Shown here in pieces: positions 19,577 through 29,251 of a DNA stretch of 54,774 nucleotides. The translations under genes were made by a program, and so were the position numbers. Below the pieces are notes generated by a model. It saw only the letters and a program-made list of their open reading frames with translations, did not search any database and was not told where the DNA came from. The DNA comes from a virus (Duplodnaviria > Caudoviricetes). Numbering within the stretch: the first letter of the stretch is position 1; each line of letters starts with the position of its first letter. The DNA lies in the IMG/VR virus record IMGVR_UViG_3300049847_000273, positions 1-54,774 of that record; one strand, written 5' to 3'.

Positions 19577-20194
19577 TTAATTGTTAAATACTAATTGAAA
19601 TCCTTTGTTAGTAGCATCTAATGTTACCAAAGTATCGTTGCCTAATAACGGAATACCCGTCCATAAATCTTGATTTTCTTGAATTCTAACCGAGAATACC
19701 ATCCTTGCAAATCGAATAAATCTAGCATCGTAATTTGAGTGATTACCAAAGTTTGAAAAGTCAATGTCAAATTTGAATGATTCTAAATATTTACCCCCTA
19801 TGAGTCCTGGTGGTAAACCTAATGTCAGATACTTTCCGCTTGACAAAATGTATCGAATCATCCCTACATACAAAAAAATTTTATCTCTCGCTTCTAAACT
19901 AGGTTGTAGTGTTGAGGAAGCTGCTCCTGAGGCAAAAACGTCAATGATATAAGTGGTGTCGCCTTGTGAGTCTTTTGTGGTGTAACCCTTGTAATCGGCT
20001 CCTGCTAACATCACTGTAATCATTACATCTTCTGATTTATCAAACGGCTCTTGTCTTTCTAAAAAAACACCGAAATCACTTGTGAATCCTTGTAACACTT
20101 TTTGATTGGTTAGCTCGGTAAGCAGGATTTCTCCAATTCTATTCTGAACTATCTCGAAGCCTTGTCTTGGTATTGACTCTGTAATTATCGCCAT
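19577..20194 (-). CDS. Putative tail terminator protein
   Basis: Position before sheath; FEIVQNRIGEILLTELTNQ. Confidence 0.6.
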   Translation of the reverse strand: MAIITESIPRQGFEIVQNRIGEILLTELTNQKVLQGFTSDFGVFLERQEPFDKSEDVMITVMLAGADYKGYTTKDSQGDTTYIIDVFASGAASSTLQPSLEARDKIFLYVGMIRYILSSGKYLTLGLPPGLIGGKYLESFKFDIDFSNFGNHSNYDARFIRFARMVFSVRIQENQDLWTGIPLLGNDTLVTLDATNKGFQLVFNN

Positions 20195-20197
20195 TTT

Positions 20198-20581
20198 CTA
20201 TTGTTTATAATCGCCTAATATCAAACAAATCATTCCTAACGTTTCATCGGGAAAACTCTCTCTCACATAATAGTTTTTCACGATACCTGAGCTGTCTTTG
20301 TACGAAACTAAATGTCTTACTAAAGCAATCTCTTGATTTGCATTTCTTACGGGATACCCTTTAGCCACCAAGACTGCTTCGTCTATGGTGGCTCGGGCAT
20401 TTTTGGTATTTACTTGGTTTCCATCGCTATCAAATGAAATATGGTGTTTAACCGCCCATCCTGTGATATTTATAGTCAAACTTCTGTCAGGTGTACTCAT
20501 CTCGATTTCCTCTTGGTAACCTGTTTTGTTTACGTACATCTTAACGTCTCGTCTTACTATGTCTAAAAATGGACTTGGCAT
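20198..20581 (-). CDS. Putative head-closure protein (gpFII-like)
   Basis: 127 aa, position after capsid, FPDETLGMICLIL C-terminus. Confidence 0.55.
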   Translation of the reverse strand: MPSPFLDIVRRDVKMYVNKTGYQEEIEMSTPDRSLTINITGWAVKHHISFDSDGNQVNTKNARATIDEAVLVAKGYPVRNANQEIALVRHLVSYKDSSGIVKNYYVRESFPDETLGMICLILGDYKQ

Positions 20582-20587
20582 AACATT

Positions 20588-20785
20588 CTATTTTTTAGCT
20601 TTCTTGGATGCTGGTTTTTCTTCTGATTCCTCTTTTTCTTCATCTTGCACTTGTTCGATAAAACCTTCTTTTATCAACTCGTAAGCAGGACTACACAATT
20701 GAGATTCATCTACTATATCACCGTGTTCTGCAATACCGTTGTTTTTAACGGTCATAGCAATTGGTATAACTCTATACTTTGCCAT
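20588..20785 (-). CDS. Small capsid-adjacent protein (65 aa)
   Basis: HGDIV...LIKEGFIE with acidic/basic tail, typical of genes after capsid. Confidence 0.7.
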   Translation of the reverse strand: MAKYRVIPIAMTVKNNGIAEHGDIVDESQLCSPAYELIKEGFIEQVQDEEKEESEEKPASKKAKK

Positions 20786-20787
20786 GA

Positions 20788-21867
20788 TTAAAGAACTTGT
20801 AAGGTGTAGATTTTATCAATTGTAAAAGGAACAACCAAAGGAGCAGATGTCAACTCAATTGTACTAGAGATTGTTTTCACATCGCTATAAGCACGAATCA
20901 AGTAATCCGCTTCAACAATTGCAGGAACATCTACTGAAACTCCACCGATTGTGCTTGTGTTCATGGTTGGCAAACCTCCGAAAATTGTTTTTCCTTGGAA
21001 GTCGTCCGGTAACATGATTACCTTGTTGTTTGCCAAGTAATACTGAGTTGAACCGTTAGCATCAGTATATTTCTCGTTGTACGTCCAAAGGTTTACTACG
21101 AAATCACCTGCTGCAATTCTACCTTGTAAGGCAAAACCTGTTGACTCAGTAAATTGTGGCATTCCAACATTGATTCTTTGGATTTGCTCAACTATGTTTG
21201 GTCCTTGTTTAGTGATTTGGTCTGTTGCGATAAAAGCAGCAAAAGCATCACCTCTCATTACCACGTTTACAGCTGCCCCATAAGAGTTACCAACGTTTCT
21301 TAAGAAAGTCATACCTGCTCTCAAATCGTCAATTGGTTTCGCTGTTGTAGGATTACTCCATAAAACAGGTGCTACTACCATAGAAGATGCTTTACGGTTG
21401 TAGTTGATGTTGTCTCCGTTTACCAAGGTTACGATACCTGTTTGAAGAACATCAGCTTGTTGTTTACGGATTGCACGAACTATTTTGTCTCTGTTTTTGC
21501 TGATTGCTTTAACTGCATTTTTAGCAATTACGCTGTTCACTTGCATATTGTCCATTCCAACTCCCATTGCAACTGTATTCATGTACACTTGGTCTCTTTG
21601 GAAGTCATAATCCTCTTTGAAGTAAGGTGGAATATACTTGTGTTCTGAAACTCTTGAAAACTTGTTTTTATTTCCTTCTGTGAAACGAATTACGTCAGAA
21701 GCAATAAGGTCATTGTCTCTTTGAACTTCTACATCAACTTCAAACGTTGGTGTTGTTTCTTCAGGGAACCAAGCAGAAAATCCAGAACGTACCGGAATAT
21801 CTTCTTCAAACTTACCAACAATCTTTGATGTTAGCGCTCTACTGTGTTGAATTCTATCGATTGGCAT
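20788..21867 (-). CDS. Major capsid protein, lambda gpE family
   Basis: 359 aa; YIPPYFKE, VLQTG, INYNRKAS, ELTSAPLVVP. Confidence 0.9.
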   Translation of the reverse strand: MPIDRIQHSRALTSKIVGKFEEDIPVRSGFSAWFPEETTPTFEVDVEVQRDNDLIASDVIRFTEGNKNKFSRVSEHKYIPPYFKEDYDFQRDQVYMNTVAMGVGMDNMQVNSVIAKNAVKAISKNRDKIVRAIRKQQADVLQTGIVTLVNGDNINYNRKASSMVVAPVLWSNPTTAKPIDDLRAGMTFLRNVGNSYGAAVNVVMRGDAFAAFIATDQITKQGPNIVEQIQRINVGMPQFTESTGFALQGRIAAGDFVVNLWTYNEKYTDANGSTQYYLANNKVIMLPDDFQGKTIFGGLPTMNTSTIGGVSVDVPAIVEADYLIRAYSDVKTISSTIELTSAPLVVPFTIDKIYTLQVL

Positions 21868-21869
21868 AA

Positions 21870-22640
21870 TTAGTTGTTGAATTTAGTCATTTCAGTTACG
21901 TTGTTCAAAACGAAACCTAATGCGGTTAATATATCTTTTAATGCTTTGTTACCCACTATCGTGTCTAATGTAACTCCTAAAGGCAAAATCAACATTGAAG
22001 CATCAATATCACCTGACATAGCATAATTGGCACTTACACTAGCTGCTGGAGCTAAAGTTGTGATTCCGTTTGAAACTTTTAAGATTCCAATTACGTTGGC
22101 TAATGTTGCAGGAGTTGCAGGAGAAAATCCTTCATCGACACCTGTTGTACCATTGATAATTGTAAAAGTTGGTGTAGTACCTGTACCTGTAGCAACTAAA
22201 TCTGTTTTGTTTCCAACTGTTGAAGCTGTGAATACTACAGAATCAAGCAATGCTCCCGAAGCTGGTCCTGTTGCATAAGCAGTCAATGCTCCTGAGTAAG
22301 TACCTGTTGCTGTACCCGCACCTGTTGTAGCACCAACGGCTAAGTTTGCAAAAGCAGTGGCTAATTGAGCGGCAGTTGTAGCTCCTGTTGAAGTATAAGT
22401 AAGCCCTGCGATAATCATTGTTTGACCTGCTGTTAAAGCTACGAATTTAGCTGTTGCAGTCTCAAATGTACCTGAGTTTCTTACTACTAAAATTCCATCA
22501 TTTGCATCTAAAGACTCCCCAAGGTTGTTGATGAAAACACCTGAATTGTATCTATTTCCAAATGTGAAGATGTTTTGATATAAATAATCGACTGTTGACT
22601 GATTATTAGTTATCCCCCTTTGTGTTGCGTAAATAGGCAT
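21870..22640 (-). CDS. Head decoration protein (gpD position) with Thr/Ala/Gly-rich insertion
   Basis: Between protease and capsid; VIGIL...GDIDASMLILP...LGF C-terminus. Confidence 0.65.
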   Translation of the reverse strand: MPIYATQRGITNNQSTVDYLYQNIFTFGNRYNSGVFINNLGESLDANDGILVVRNSGTFETATAKFVALTAGQTMIIAGLTYTSTGATTAAQLATAFANLAVGATTGAGTATGTYSGALTAYATGPASGALLDSVVFTASTVGNKTDLVATGTGTTPTFTIINGTTGVDEGFSPATPATLANVIGILKVSNGITTLAPAASVSANYAMSGDIDASMLILPLGVTLDTIVGNKALKDILTALGFVLNNVTEMTKFNN

Positions 22641-22652
22641 ATCTGTAAATTA

Positions 22653-23906
22653 TTAAAGTTTAAAGTCAAAAGCTGCTTTGATTTCAGCTTGGTTTTCTGT
22701 AGAGATAGCTCCCAATTCAGTTGTGGTTTCAGCAGTTACAATCGAGCTTGCGCTGTCTTGTTTCATGTCGTCTAGCATACTCATGGTAGCTAATTTTGCT
22801 TGAAATTTGTGAGCCTGAGCATTCGTAATTTCTAAGCCACTTTCGATTCCAGCTTGAACCGCATCAGGATCAGCTTTTGAATACGCCATCCATGATTCAA
22901 CTCTGTCTTTCTCTTTTGCCATGCCCTCGTTTACGATTTCAGCATAAACACTAGGATGCTCTTGTTTGAATTCCTGTTTTGTCATTGTGTTTGAATTTGA
23001 TTTAATATTTGATTTTTGTTTACTCGGTGTATTCTTTATTGTATTGTTTGATAAAATTTTATTCACTACTTCATCAAAACTTGCTATTCCATCTATGAAT
23101 GTTCCAACGGCATCTTTGCTAAAAACGGTATGACCATTGTCGAATTTACTTCCTGCTAACTGCGGGCGATTAGACAACACGCTTGATATGAAATTTTCGT
23201 TTATTGGGTCTAACAACTCGTTAACTATCATATCGTAATTATCGTTGTTTAGAGCTTCCTCAAAGGCTTTGTTCTTGGAAGTGGATTTGGTAGCGTATAA
23301 GACAACGGTTTTTTCTCCGTCTTGATCCACATTCCCATGTGGCTTTCCGCTGAACTGAATCATTGTCCCTACACTACCTACGATATTCATTCCATCCTCT
23401 GAGTAAATCTCGGTGCAAGCTGATATAATTCCGTAGCAAGCCGACCCTGCCATTCCTCCTTTTTCTACTAAAGCATATACAGGCTTTGTTGCTTTCACTT
23501 GGTTGATTGTATCTACCATTAATTGCACTGCTCCAGTAGCTCCTCCTCCTGAATCGGCTTTTACAATGAAACCTTTGATTCTATTGTCATTAGCCATTTT
23601 CAGCATTCTTGATGACAAATCTTTGGTTCCGTAACTTGATGCTCCACCGTTTTTTGTGATTGGACCATTCAAATTGATTATTCCAATGCCTTCAAATTCA
23701 CTAGAGTTATTTAATTCATAAGACTCTTGAATAATTCTAGTGTCTCCCTTAATTTCCAAAAGACTAACAGAATTTAATTTAGAATCAGGATTGTCTAATG
23801 CTACTCCATTTTGAATGTTTTTTAAGATTGAAGATAAATGCATTAAAGATACTGAATCAATGCTCCAGGGCTGTCCGTATATTTCTTTTGCTAATGGGAA
23901 ATTCAT
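22653..23906 (-). CDS. Prohead protease S49 (SppA/lambda gpC-like) with C-terminal scaffold
   Basis: ADSGGG, AGSACYGIIS, VGSVGT; C-terminal MTKQEFKQEHPSVYAEI scaffold segment. Confidence 0.9.
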   Translation of the reverse strand: MNFPLAKEIYGQPWSIDSVSLMHLSSILKNIQNGVALDNPDSKLNSVSLLEIKGDTRIIQESYELNNSSEFEGIGIINLNGPITKNGGASSYGTKDLSSRMLKMANDNRIKGFIVKADSGGGATGAVQLMVDTINQVKATKPVYALVEKGGMAGSACYGIISACTEIYSEDGMNIVGSVGTMIQFSGKPHGNVDQDGEKTVVLYATKSTSKNKAFEEALNNDNYDMIVNELLDPINENFISSVLSNRPQLAGSKFDNGHTVFSKDAVGTFIDGIASFDEVVNKILSNNTIKNTPSKQKSNIKSNSNTMTKQEFKQEHPSVYAEIVNEGMAKEKDRVESWMAYSKADPDAVQAGIESGLEITNAQAHKFQAKLATMSMLDDMKQDSASSIVTAETTTELGAISTENQAEIKAAFDFKL

Positions 23907-23928
23907 GTTTTTTATATTTAGAATTGAA

Positions 23929-24025
23929 ACAAAAAAAGAGCTATCCGTCCAAAAACAGGTAGCTCTTTTACTAATTCACTTTCGATGTTATCACAACATT
24001 AAAATTTTATTTCCTTACAAATGTA
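23929..24025 (-). promoter_or_regulatory. Late promoter + conserved ATGTT-GTGAT-AACAT hairpin + leader terminator (head-tail operon)
   Basis: TACATTTG at 24018-24025, hairpin 23985-23999, terminator stem aaaagagcta/tagctctttt; same layout at 47991-48090. Confidence 0.75.
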
Positions 24026-24066
24026 AATATTTTTTAATTACAAACAATTATTTTATTATTTAACAT

Positions 24067-24148
24067 AAAAAAACCCATCTCTTTGTGTTACCAAGGATGG
24101 GCTTTCGTTTTAATTAACCTAAAAATATTTTATGACTTCACAAATGTA
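24067..24148 (-). ncRNA. Candidate small RNA (promoter, ~35 nt U-rich body, terminator)
   Basis: TACATTTG at 24141-24148, no ORF, cccatc/gatggg terminator with U-tail; body similar to 48144-48164. Confidence 0.45.
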
Positions 24149-24159
24149 GTTTTTTAATT

Positions 24160-24528
24160 TTAAATTTCAAACATATTTAATGTTCCTTTTGTTTTTGCAT
24201 TTTGCTGTTGGCGCAACTTGAACTCTTTACTAATCCAAGTTTTCAAATCCCTGCCATGAGCTACTTTGTGTCTTGACTTTGTGAATCCGTGATGAAAAAT
24301 CAACCCTACTCTAGATAGATTACAGAATACTGCTCCGTAAACATTTACTTGAACAGGAATTGGATTTCCTGAGGCATAATAAGCCTCTTTCAAGTCATCC
24401 GAACTAAACCATTTGAACTGTGTTTTTACCCATTGTTCAGCAAAAGCAAATATTCTATTGAAGTCTTGTTTGTTTCCATATATTACGCTTTCAATAGCTT
24501 CCTCTTTAGTTTGGATTTCCTTTCTCAT
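24160..24528 (-). CDS. Hypothetical protein (122 aa)
   Basis: ORF track; VYGAVF...GLI...SRHKVAHGR pattern of small DNA-binding phage proteins. Confidence 0.7.
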   Translation of the reverse strand: MRKEIQTKEEAIESVIYGNKQDFNRIFAFAEQWVKTQFKWFSSDDLKEAYYASGNPIPVQVNVYGAVFCNLSRVGLIFHHGFTKSRHKVAHGRDLKTWISKEFKLRQQQNAKTKGTLNMFEI

Positions 24529-25253
24529 GTACCTAGAATTTTCTCAGCCATCATTACTCTCTTGGTTAGTGCTATGACATCTTCTGTTGGAACATCAAAC
24601 TCAAACTTTACGCAGTTTGGCCATTGTATGTTTCCTGGAATATACGGTAGCTCGTACAGCTCTTTTTCGTATATCCATCGAACCTGCCAATCCATCATGC
24701 CTAGCTTTTCCATAGCGAAATCTGTATTGGATAACTTCTCTCTAACAGCAATCAATTGTTGTTCTGTAGGTGTAAAAGCTATGATTTCTGCTTTAGAGAA
24801 GCCAAGTAAGATAGCGTTTGAAACCACTTGCCAATAAATCTCTTTGTTATTGGCTTTTATCCTATTCAAGTCCTCCAACATCAAATCCCTGGATAGTTCG
24901 TAAAAGGCTTTTGGATAGAAGCATTTCATCTCTACAGCCTTGTTTGAAGTCTTAGCATCAGGCGATCCCGTCCAGTAAGGATACTTAGGATGCACTATTG
25001 TTTCCACCGAACACAAGGAATACTCCAAACCCATTTCTTCCTCAAAACCGATAACCTCCATTACTTTTCCCCAAGTCAAAGGTTGAGAATGCGCTCCCAA
25101 ATCTATGGAGCGACCCAAACATCTTTCTGCTCGTTTTTCTTCAATGTAAGTTATTGCAGGTGCGCCAAAACCACCTTCACCACGCCCATCTGTCATTAAC
25201 TTCCAAATGTTACTTGAAGTAAACCTGCCGATTCTATTTTTATTTGCTATCAT
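24525..25253 (-). CDS. YqaJ/lambda-exonuclease-like protein
   Basis: RIGRFTSS, WGKVME, GSPD, EMKC, YWQV motifs. Confidence 0.85.
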   Translation of the reverse strand: MIANKNRIGRFTSSNIWKLMTDGRGEGGFGAPAITYIEEKRAERCLGRSIDLGAHSQPLTWGKVMEVIGFEEEMGLEYSLCSVETIVHPKYPYWTGSPDAKTSNKAVEMKCFYPKAFYELSRDLMLEDLNRIKANNKEIYWQVVSNAILLGFSKAEIIAFTPTEQQLIAVREKLSNTDFAMEKLGMMDWQVRWIYEKELYELPYIPGNIQWPNCVKFEFDVPTEDVIALTKRVMMAEKILGT

Positions 25254-25256
25254 ACG

Positions 25257-25694
25257 CTAGTTTTTTATGAATGTTCCATCTACTGTTTTGCCTTTTCTGT
25301 CTTTGATTTCGTTCCAAGCTATGTTAGCACATTCAACTAAATCCAACTTCAATTTATATGATATATCTCTTAAAGAATGAAATTTATAATAAAACTCATC
25401 AGCTATTATTGAAGAAATTACAGCCCAATCAACATAGTCATTATAACACTCCTCATCAATAATAAAGTTATTGATGTTTTCATTTGTTTGTTTCGATAAA
25501 ATAACCAAAACAACAAAAATATCCCCAATAGCATCTTTCTGAAGCGATACATCTTTTTTCAAAATTGCACTTGCCAATTCTCCGCATTCCTCAACAAGTT
25601 TCAAACGTTGCTTTGGAGCACAATCTTCTGTGTGAATGTTTCGTTCTTTTGCCCAATTGATAATTAGGGATTGTAACTCATTTAAACTATACAT
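25257..25694 (-). CDS. MazG-like nucleotide pyrophosphohydrolase
   Basis: KLVEECGELA, KDAIGDIFVVL, AWNEIKDRKGKTVDGTFIK. Confidence 0.9.
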   Translation of the reverse strand: MYSLNELQSLIINWAKERNIHTEDCAPKQRLKLVEECGELASAILKKDVSLQKDAIGDIFVVLVILSKQTNENINNFIIDEECYNDYVDWAVISSIIADEFYYKFHSLRDISYKLKLDLVECANIAWNEIKDRKGKTVDGTFIKN

Positions 25695-26538
25695 CTTTAG
25701 GTAATTTTGAGGTTAAGAATTTAATTGCCTTGTCGTAGGAAACTGACTCTTTTTCTTTGATGATTCTTTTTGTGTAAGTCACTTCTTCATCTGTAATTAG
25801 TTCTTCTGTCTTACTTAGCAAATCAATCAATACTTCTAGCTTGTTGTCCTCGTTGTCTTTTATTTCTACGTGAGGTACATCAGAAACATCTCCATCAGAA
25901 ATATCAGTTCCTTTGATAGTATTGTACAACCATCTTTTTGCTTTTCTCTCAGCCTTACCAATCAAAGCATCATAGGAAGTGTACTCATTGGATTTTATTG
26001 GGAATTCAATTTCTTGTTTCTTGGCTACTTCTCCATCAAACTGCCAATCAATACGAACTTTTACATAAGCTACTTTTTGACCTAATGGCTGTTGGATACT
26101 TGTATAAGTGAAATTCTTTTTCAATCCTTTCATTTTATCCAATAAAGCACCAAATCCCTCTCTTGTTGGATACATATTACCACCAATAATATTAAACTGA
26201 TTTCCTGTAACTTCTAACCCTAAGAATGTCGCTTCAATCAAACACTCTTTTACAATATCCATTGGATAGCCAGGACCTTTCTCAGTAACCCATTTCCCTC
26301 CTTGTTGCTTTTTAACCGTATCTTGGTCGGTCTTGAATCCAAGGCTTGTTCCTTGCAATGCCATAATAGGCTTCATATATTCATCAGACAATTGTTCTTT
26401 GATAATATCTATCGCTGAACTCATTACAAATGCTTTCTGAAACCCATTTACATTTGACGCTAATACCGTTGAAATCTCAGTATCTATTACTTTGGATATT
26501 GACAAAAACTTGTCTCCTGCTTTTACTAAATTTGACAT
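25687..26538 (-). CDS. Putative ssDNA-annealing recombinase (RecT-like)
   Basis: LGLEVTGNQFNIIGGNMYPTREG, IGKAERKA; adjacent to exonuclease. Confidence 0.6.
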   Translation of the reverse strand: MSNLVKAGDKFLSISKVIDTEISTVLASNVNGFQKAFVMSSAIDIIKEQLSDEYMKPIMALQGTSLGFKTDQDTVKKQQGGKWVTEKGPGYPMDIVKECLIEATFLGLEVTGNQFNIIGGNMYPTREGFGALLDKMKGLKKNFTYTSIQQPLGQKVAYVKVRIDWQFDGEVAKKQEIEFPIKSNEYTSYDALIGKAERKAKRWLYNTIKGTDISDGDVSDVPHVEIKDNEDNKLEVLIDLLSKTEELITDEEVTYTKRIIKEKESVSYDKAIKFLTSKLPKDV

Positions 26539-26541
26539 AAT

Positions 26542-27831
26542 TTATAGGTTTTCTAATTCGGTTAATAATTGCTTGTGTAAATAAACAACTCTGTTGGAAG
26601 CTTCAATTGAGAACGCCTTTATTTCTTCGTTTTTAGAGTCAAAGAACATTGGGAAACTTATCAAGCATTCGTTTAGAGTGTTTTTATAGATCTCTTTGTC
26701 CTGAGCCAATCTCTTAAATCTAGCCTTGTTCTCTTTATTTAATCGTTCTGCATCTTCTTTTGCTAACTTTTCGTCAATGGCTTTTTGCTTTTCGGCTTCT
26801 TCTAAATCTGATTTATACTTTTCAATATACGATTTTGCATCTGTAATAATATTTTCAAAGTCAATAGCATCGGCATCATATATTTTACCTTGCCTTAAAG
26901 CGTACTTTTCTACACCATTTAAACTCAAATAAAATCCGTCATTTTCTTTGAAAACAAAACCTATCTCAGCTAATCTATTTTTACGAATATCAAAAATAGC
27001 TTCCTTGTCCGCTTTAGCTTTGGCTTCTTTTTCTGCATTCTCAGCTATCAATCTTTCCTCAGCTTCTTGCTTTGCTAATTGCTCGGCTTCAAATAAAGAT
27101 TTTTTAGACTCTAAAATCATATCGTAGTGCATTTCACTCAGTTCTGATAGTTTTGTTAAATCTACTTGCTCTCCGTAAGCTACATAAGGCACAATCTCAA
27201 CAAGTCTTTTGTTTTGAAGTTCCAATCTCTCGTTTTCTAATCGCTGTACTTCTTTTTCTTGAATGTCGGCACACTTCAAATCCCAAGATGATTGTACTCT
27301 TGTTCTTGCTTGCTCGAAAAGAATATCAAATTCTTCATAATCGAAATCAACATTTACAAGTCCATCCAACATTGTCTTGTGCAATTCCACATTTTTAATT
27401 GTTGTTCCCTGGATGATGGTGTAGCTATCGGATTCAAACGTATCAATCTTAGCTTTTATCTTTTCCATACGCTCTTGCTCTAAACGTTCTTTTTCGGCTT
27501 TCTCGGCTTCTTTTATCGCTTCGTATCGTTTTACCTCGCTTTGCTGTTTTTCTTCGTGAGGCAACGTAATAGCAATCAAATTCTCGGTTTCAGTCTTCAC
27601 TTCTTTTCTGAACGATGTTAGCTGTGAAGCAATCACCTTGTCTTGCTTTTCTAATTCCGTTCTACCTTTCAACAATGCTGTTCTTGACTTGCAAGCTGCA
27701 TCATACGTTTTTGAATCCACAATCTCTACATAAGGATTGTCCGCTACCAATTGTTGTTGCTTTTCTTTCCAACCTTGTAGCTCTGGAAGGTTCGAAACTT
27801 TTAAGTCTTGTAATTGCAATGATTTTTCCAT
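26542..27831 (-). CDS. Coiled-coil protein (DUF1351-like), recombination module
   Basis: E/K-rich heptads, SRTALLKGRTELEK; likely start MEKSLQ. Confidence 0.7.
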   Translation of the reverse strand: MEKSLQLQDLKVSNLPELQGWKEKQQQLVADNPYVEIVDSKTYDAACKSRTALLKGRTELEKQDKVIASQLTSFRKEVKTETENLIAITLPHEEKQQSEVKRYEAIKEAEKAEKERLEQERMEKIKAKIDTFESDSYTIIQGTTIKNVELHKTMLDGLVNVDFDYEEFDILFEQARTRVQSSWDLKCADIQEKEVQRLENERLELQNKRLVEIVPYVAYGEQVDLTKLSELSEMHYDMILESKKSLFEAEQLAKQEAEERLIAENAEKEAKAKADKEAIFDIRKNRLAEIGFVFKENDGFYLSLNGVEKYALRQGKIYDADAIDFENIITDAKSYIEKYKSDLEEAEKQKAIDEKLAKEDAERLNKENKARFKRLAQDKEIYKNTLNECLISFPMFFDSKNEEIKAFSIEASNRVVYLHKQLLTELENL

Positions 27832-27844
27832 TTTAATTCTTTTT

Positions 27845-28045
27845 TTAGTTAAATAATGTTTCAGCAATATGCTCTACGAATAATTCAATCTTGTATCTTA
27901 CATTGAATATCTTAAATCCTAACGACTTTCTAAAAACAGCTACTTCATCAGCGTATAAAAACTCATAAGGCATTCCGTGAAATTCTTTGTTGTAAATGAG
28001 ATGCTTCTCATAATACAGCTTCAAGGTATCCTCTTTTCTACTCAT
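27845..28045 (-). CDS. Hypothetical protein (66 aa, likely start MSRKEDT)
   Basis: First ATG in the ORF-track frame. Confidence 0.5.
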   Translation of the reverse strand: MSRKEDTLKLYYEKHLIYNKEFHGMPYEFLYADEVAVFRKSLGFKIFNVRYKIELFVEHIAETLFN

Positions 28046-28184
28046 CGTAATTTTTATAAAGGTTAGACAATGGCCTATCGTAATCAGGATAATAAATAGG
28101 CTTTTGGTACTTCGTAACAACTAACTCCTTTACTTTTGGATAGCCGTCTTCTCTGATTTCTTGGATGGATTCAAAATCTGTCAT
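28038..28184 (-). CDS. Hypothetical protein (48 aa, below ORF-track cutoff)
   Basis: Manual translation MTDFESIQEIREDGYPKVKELVV...NYDE*; overlaps both neighbours in coupled fashion. Confidence 0.45.
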   Translation of the reverse strand: MTDFESIQEIREDGYPKVKELVVTKYQKPIYYPDYDRPLSNLYKNYDE

Positions 28185-28369
28185 ACGTTTTTGGTTTTTT
28201 CATTGATACAATAAATTCTTTTGTAATTCTTAACAGTTAGTTCAAACTGCGCTAGAGCTTCTTTGATGGATGGTGCCGATATTTCAGCTTCGTAATCTAC
28301 GCACTGATCGTATTCTTCTTTCCAGTAATAAACAATATAAGACCTTACCCCTACAATTTGCTTACCCAT
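28181..28369 (-). CDS. Hypothetical protein (62 aa)
   Basis: ORF track, coupled to neighbours. Confidence 0.6.
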   Translation of the reverse strand: MGKQIVGVRSYIVYYWKEEYDQCVDYEAEISAPSIKEALAQFELTVKNYKRIYCINEKTKNV

Positions 28370-28370
28370 C

Positions 28371-28616
28371 TTAACAAGATTTTACAAAGTCCTTGAAGTC
28401 TATATCGTACTTCTCCAAAAACTCAAAGATTACTCTAACCGACTTTGGTGCTTCCTTACCCCAATCTGTCAATGTTACTGAACTGATTCCAAATTCCTCA
28501 GCAAAAGAAACACCTGTTATCTTTATACCCTTTTCTCTCTTTAGTTTAGCGAATACATTCTGAGCATCGATAAACACTTTCTTTACCTTTTTAGGCTTTA
28601 CTGCTTTTTTTGACAT
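28371..28616 (-). CDS. Cro/XRE-like helix-turn-helix regulator (81 aa, start MSKKAV)
   Basis: SFAEEFGISSVTLTDWGK HTH; first gene after TATATTTG promoter at 28640-28647. Confidence 0.65.
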   Translation of the reverse strand: MSKKAVKPKKVKKVFIDAQNVFAKLKREKGIKITGVSFAEEFGISSVTLTDWGKEAPKSVRVIFEFLEKYDIDFKDFVKSC

Positions 28617-28751
28617 AATTAAATATTTAATGTTTGATGCAAATATATAATTTTTATTTAATAAACAAAGCATTACTTTTAAATTATTAACTATTTATGA
28701 TAATAAATAAAAAAAGCCAATACATTTAAGTATTGGCTTTGTAATTTGTTT

Positions 28752-29246
28752 TTAAAATTGTATTGCTTTTTCAATTAAAAAAGAAATATGTTTTTCTTTT
28801 GTATCTAACAACACCCCTTCCTTATTTTTAAATATTAAAAGATTTTCATCAAGAATTAAGTGGGTATGAGCTTGTCTATGCTCTTTTATTTTCAAAACAA
28901 CAATATCTTCTAAATACTCTTTATTATAATTCCAATGATGTAATTCAAGGCCTTTTGGAATATTTAATTTTTTATTTAAACCCTTATACACCTTGCTTTT
29001 CTTCCAAGGCTTATCTTTATCCCATTCTAGCTGTTTAGATTTATAATTAAGCTTAACATATTTATCTCTATGCCTCTTTCTTTCCTTTTCCAATCCTTCA
29101 GGAGTTGAAATTAATTGCTCTAATCTTTTTGCTACATCAATTTTAGCGCAATTTTTACACTTATTCAAATGACCATCTTTCATTTGCTTGTGAGGGTAAT
29201 ACTCACTTAATGGTTTTTCTAAACCACATTTAAAACATTTTTTCAT
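28752..29246 (-). CDS. Zn-finger/HNH-like endonuclease
   Basis: [14 protein letters not shown]...CKNC and ELHHWNY...EHRQAH. Confidence 0.75.
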   Translation of the reverse strand: MKKCFKCGLEKPLSEYYPHKQMKDGHLNKCKNCAKIDVAKRLEQLISTPEGLEKERKRHRDKYVKLNYKSKQLEWDKDKPWKKSKVYKGLNKKLNIPKGLELHHWNYNKEYLEDIVVLKIKEHRQAHTHLILDENLLIFKNKEGVLLDTKEKHISFLIEKAIQF

Positions 29247-29251
29247 AATTT

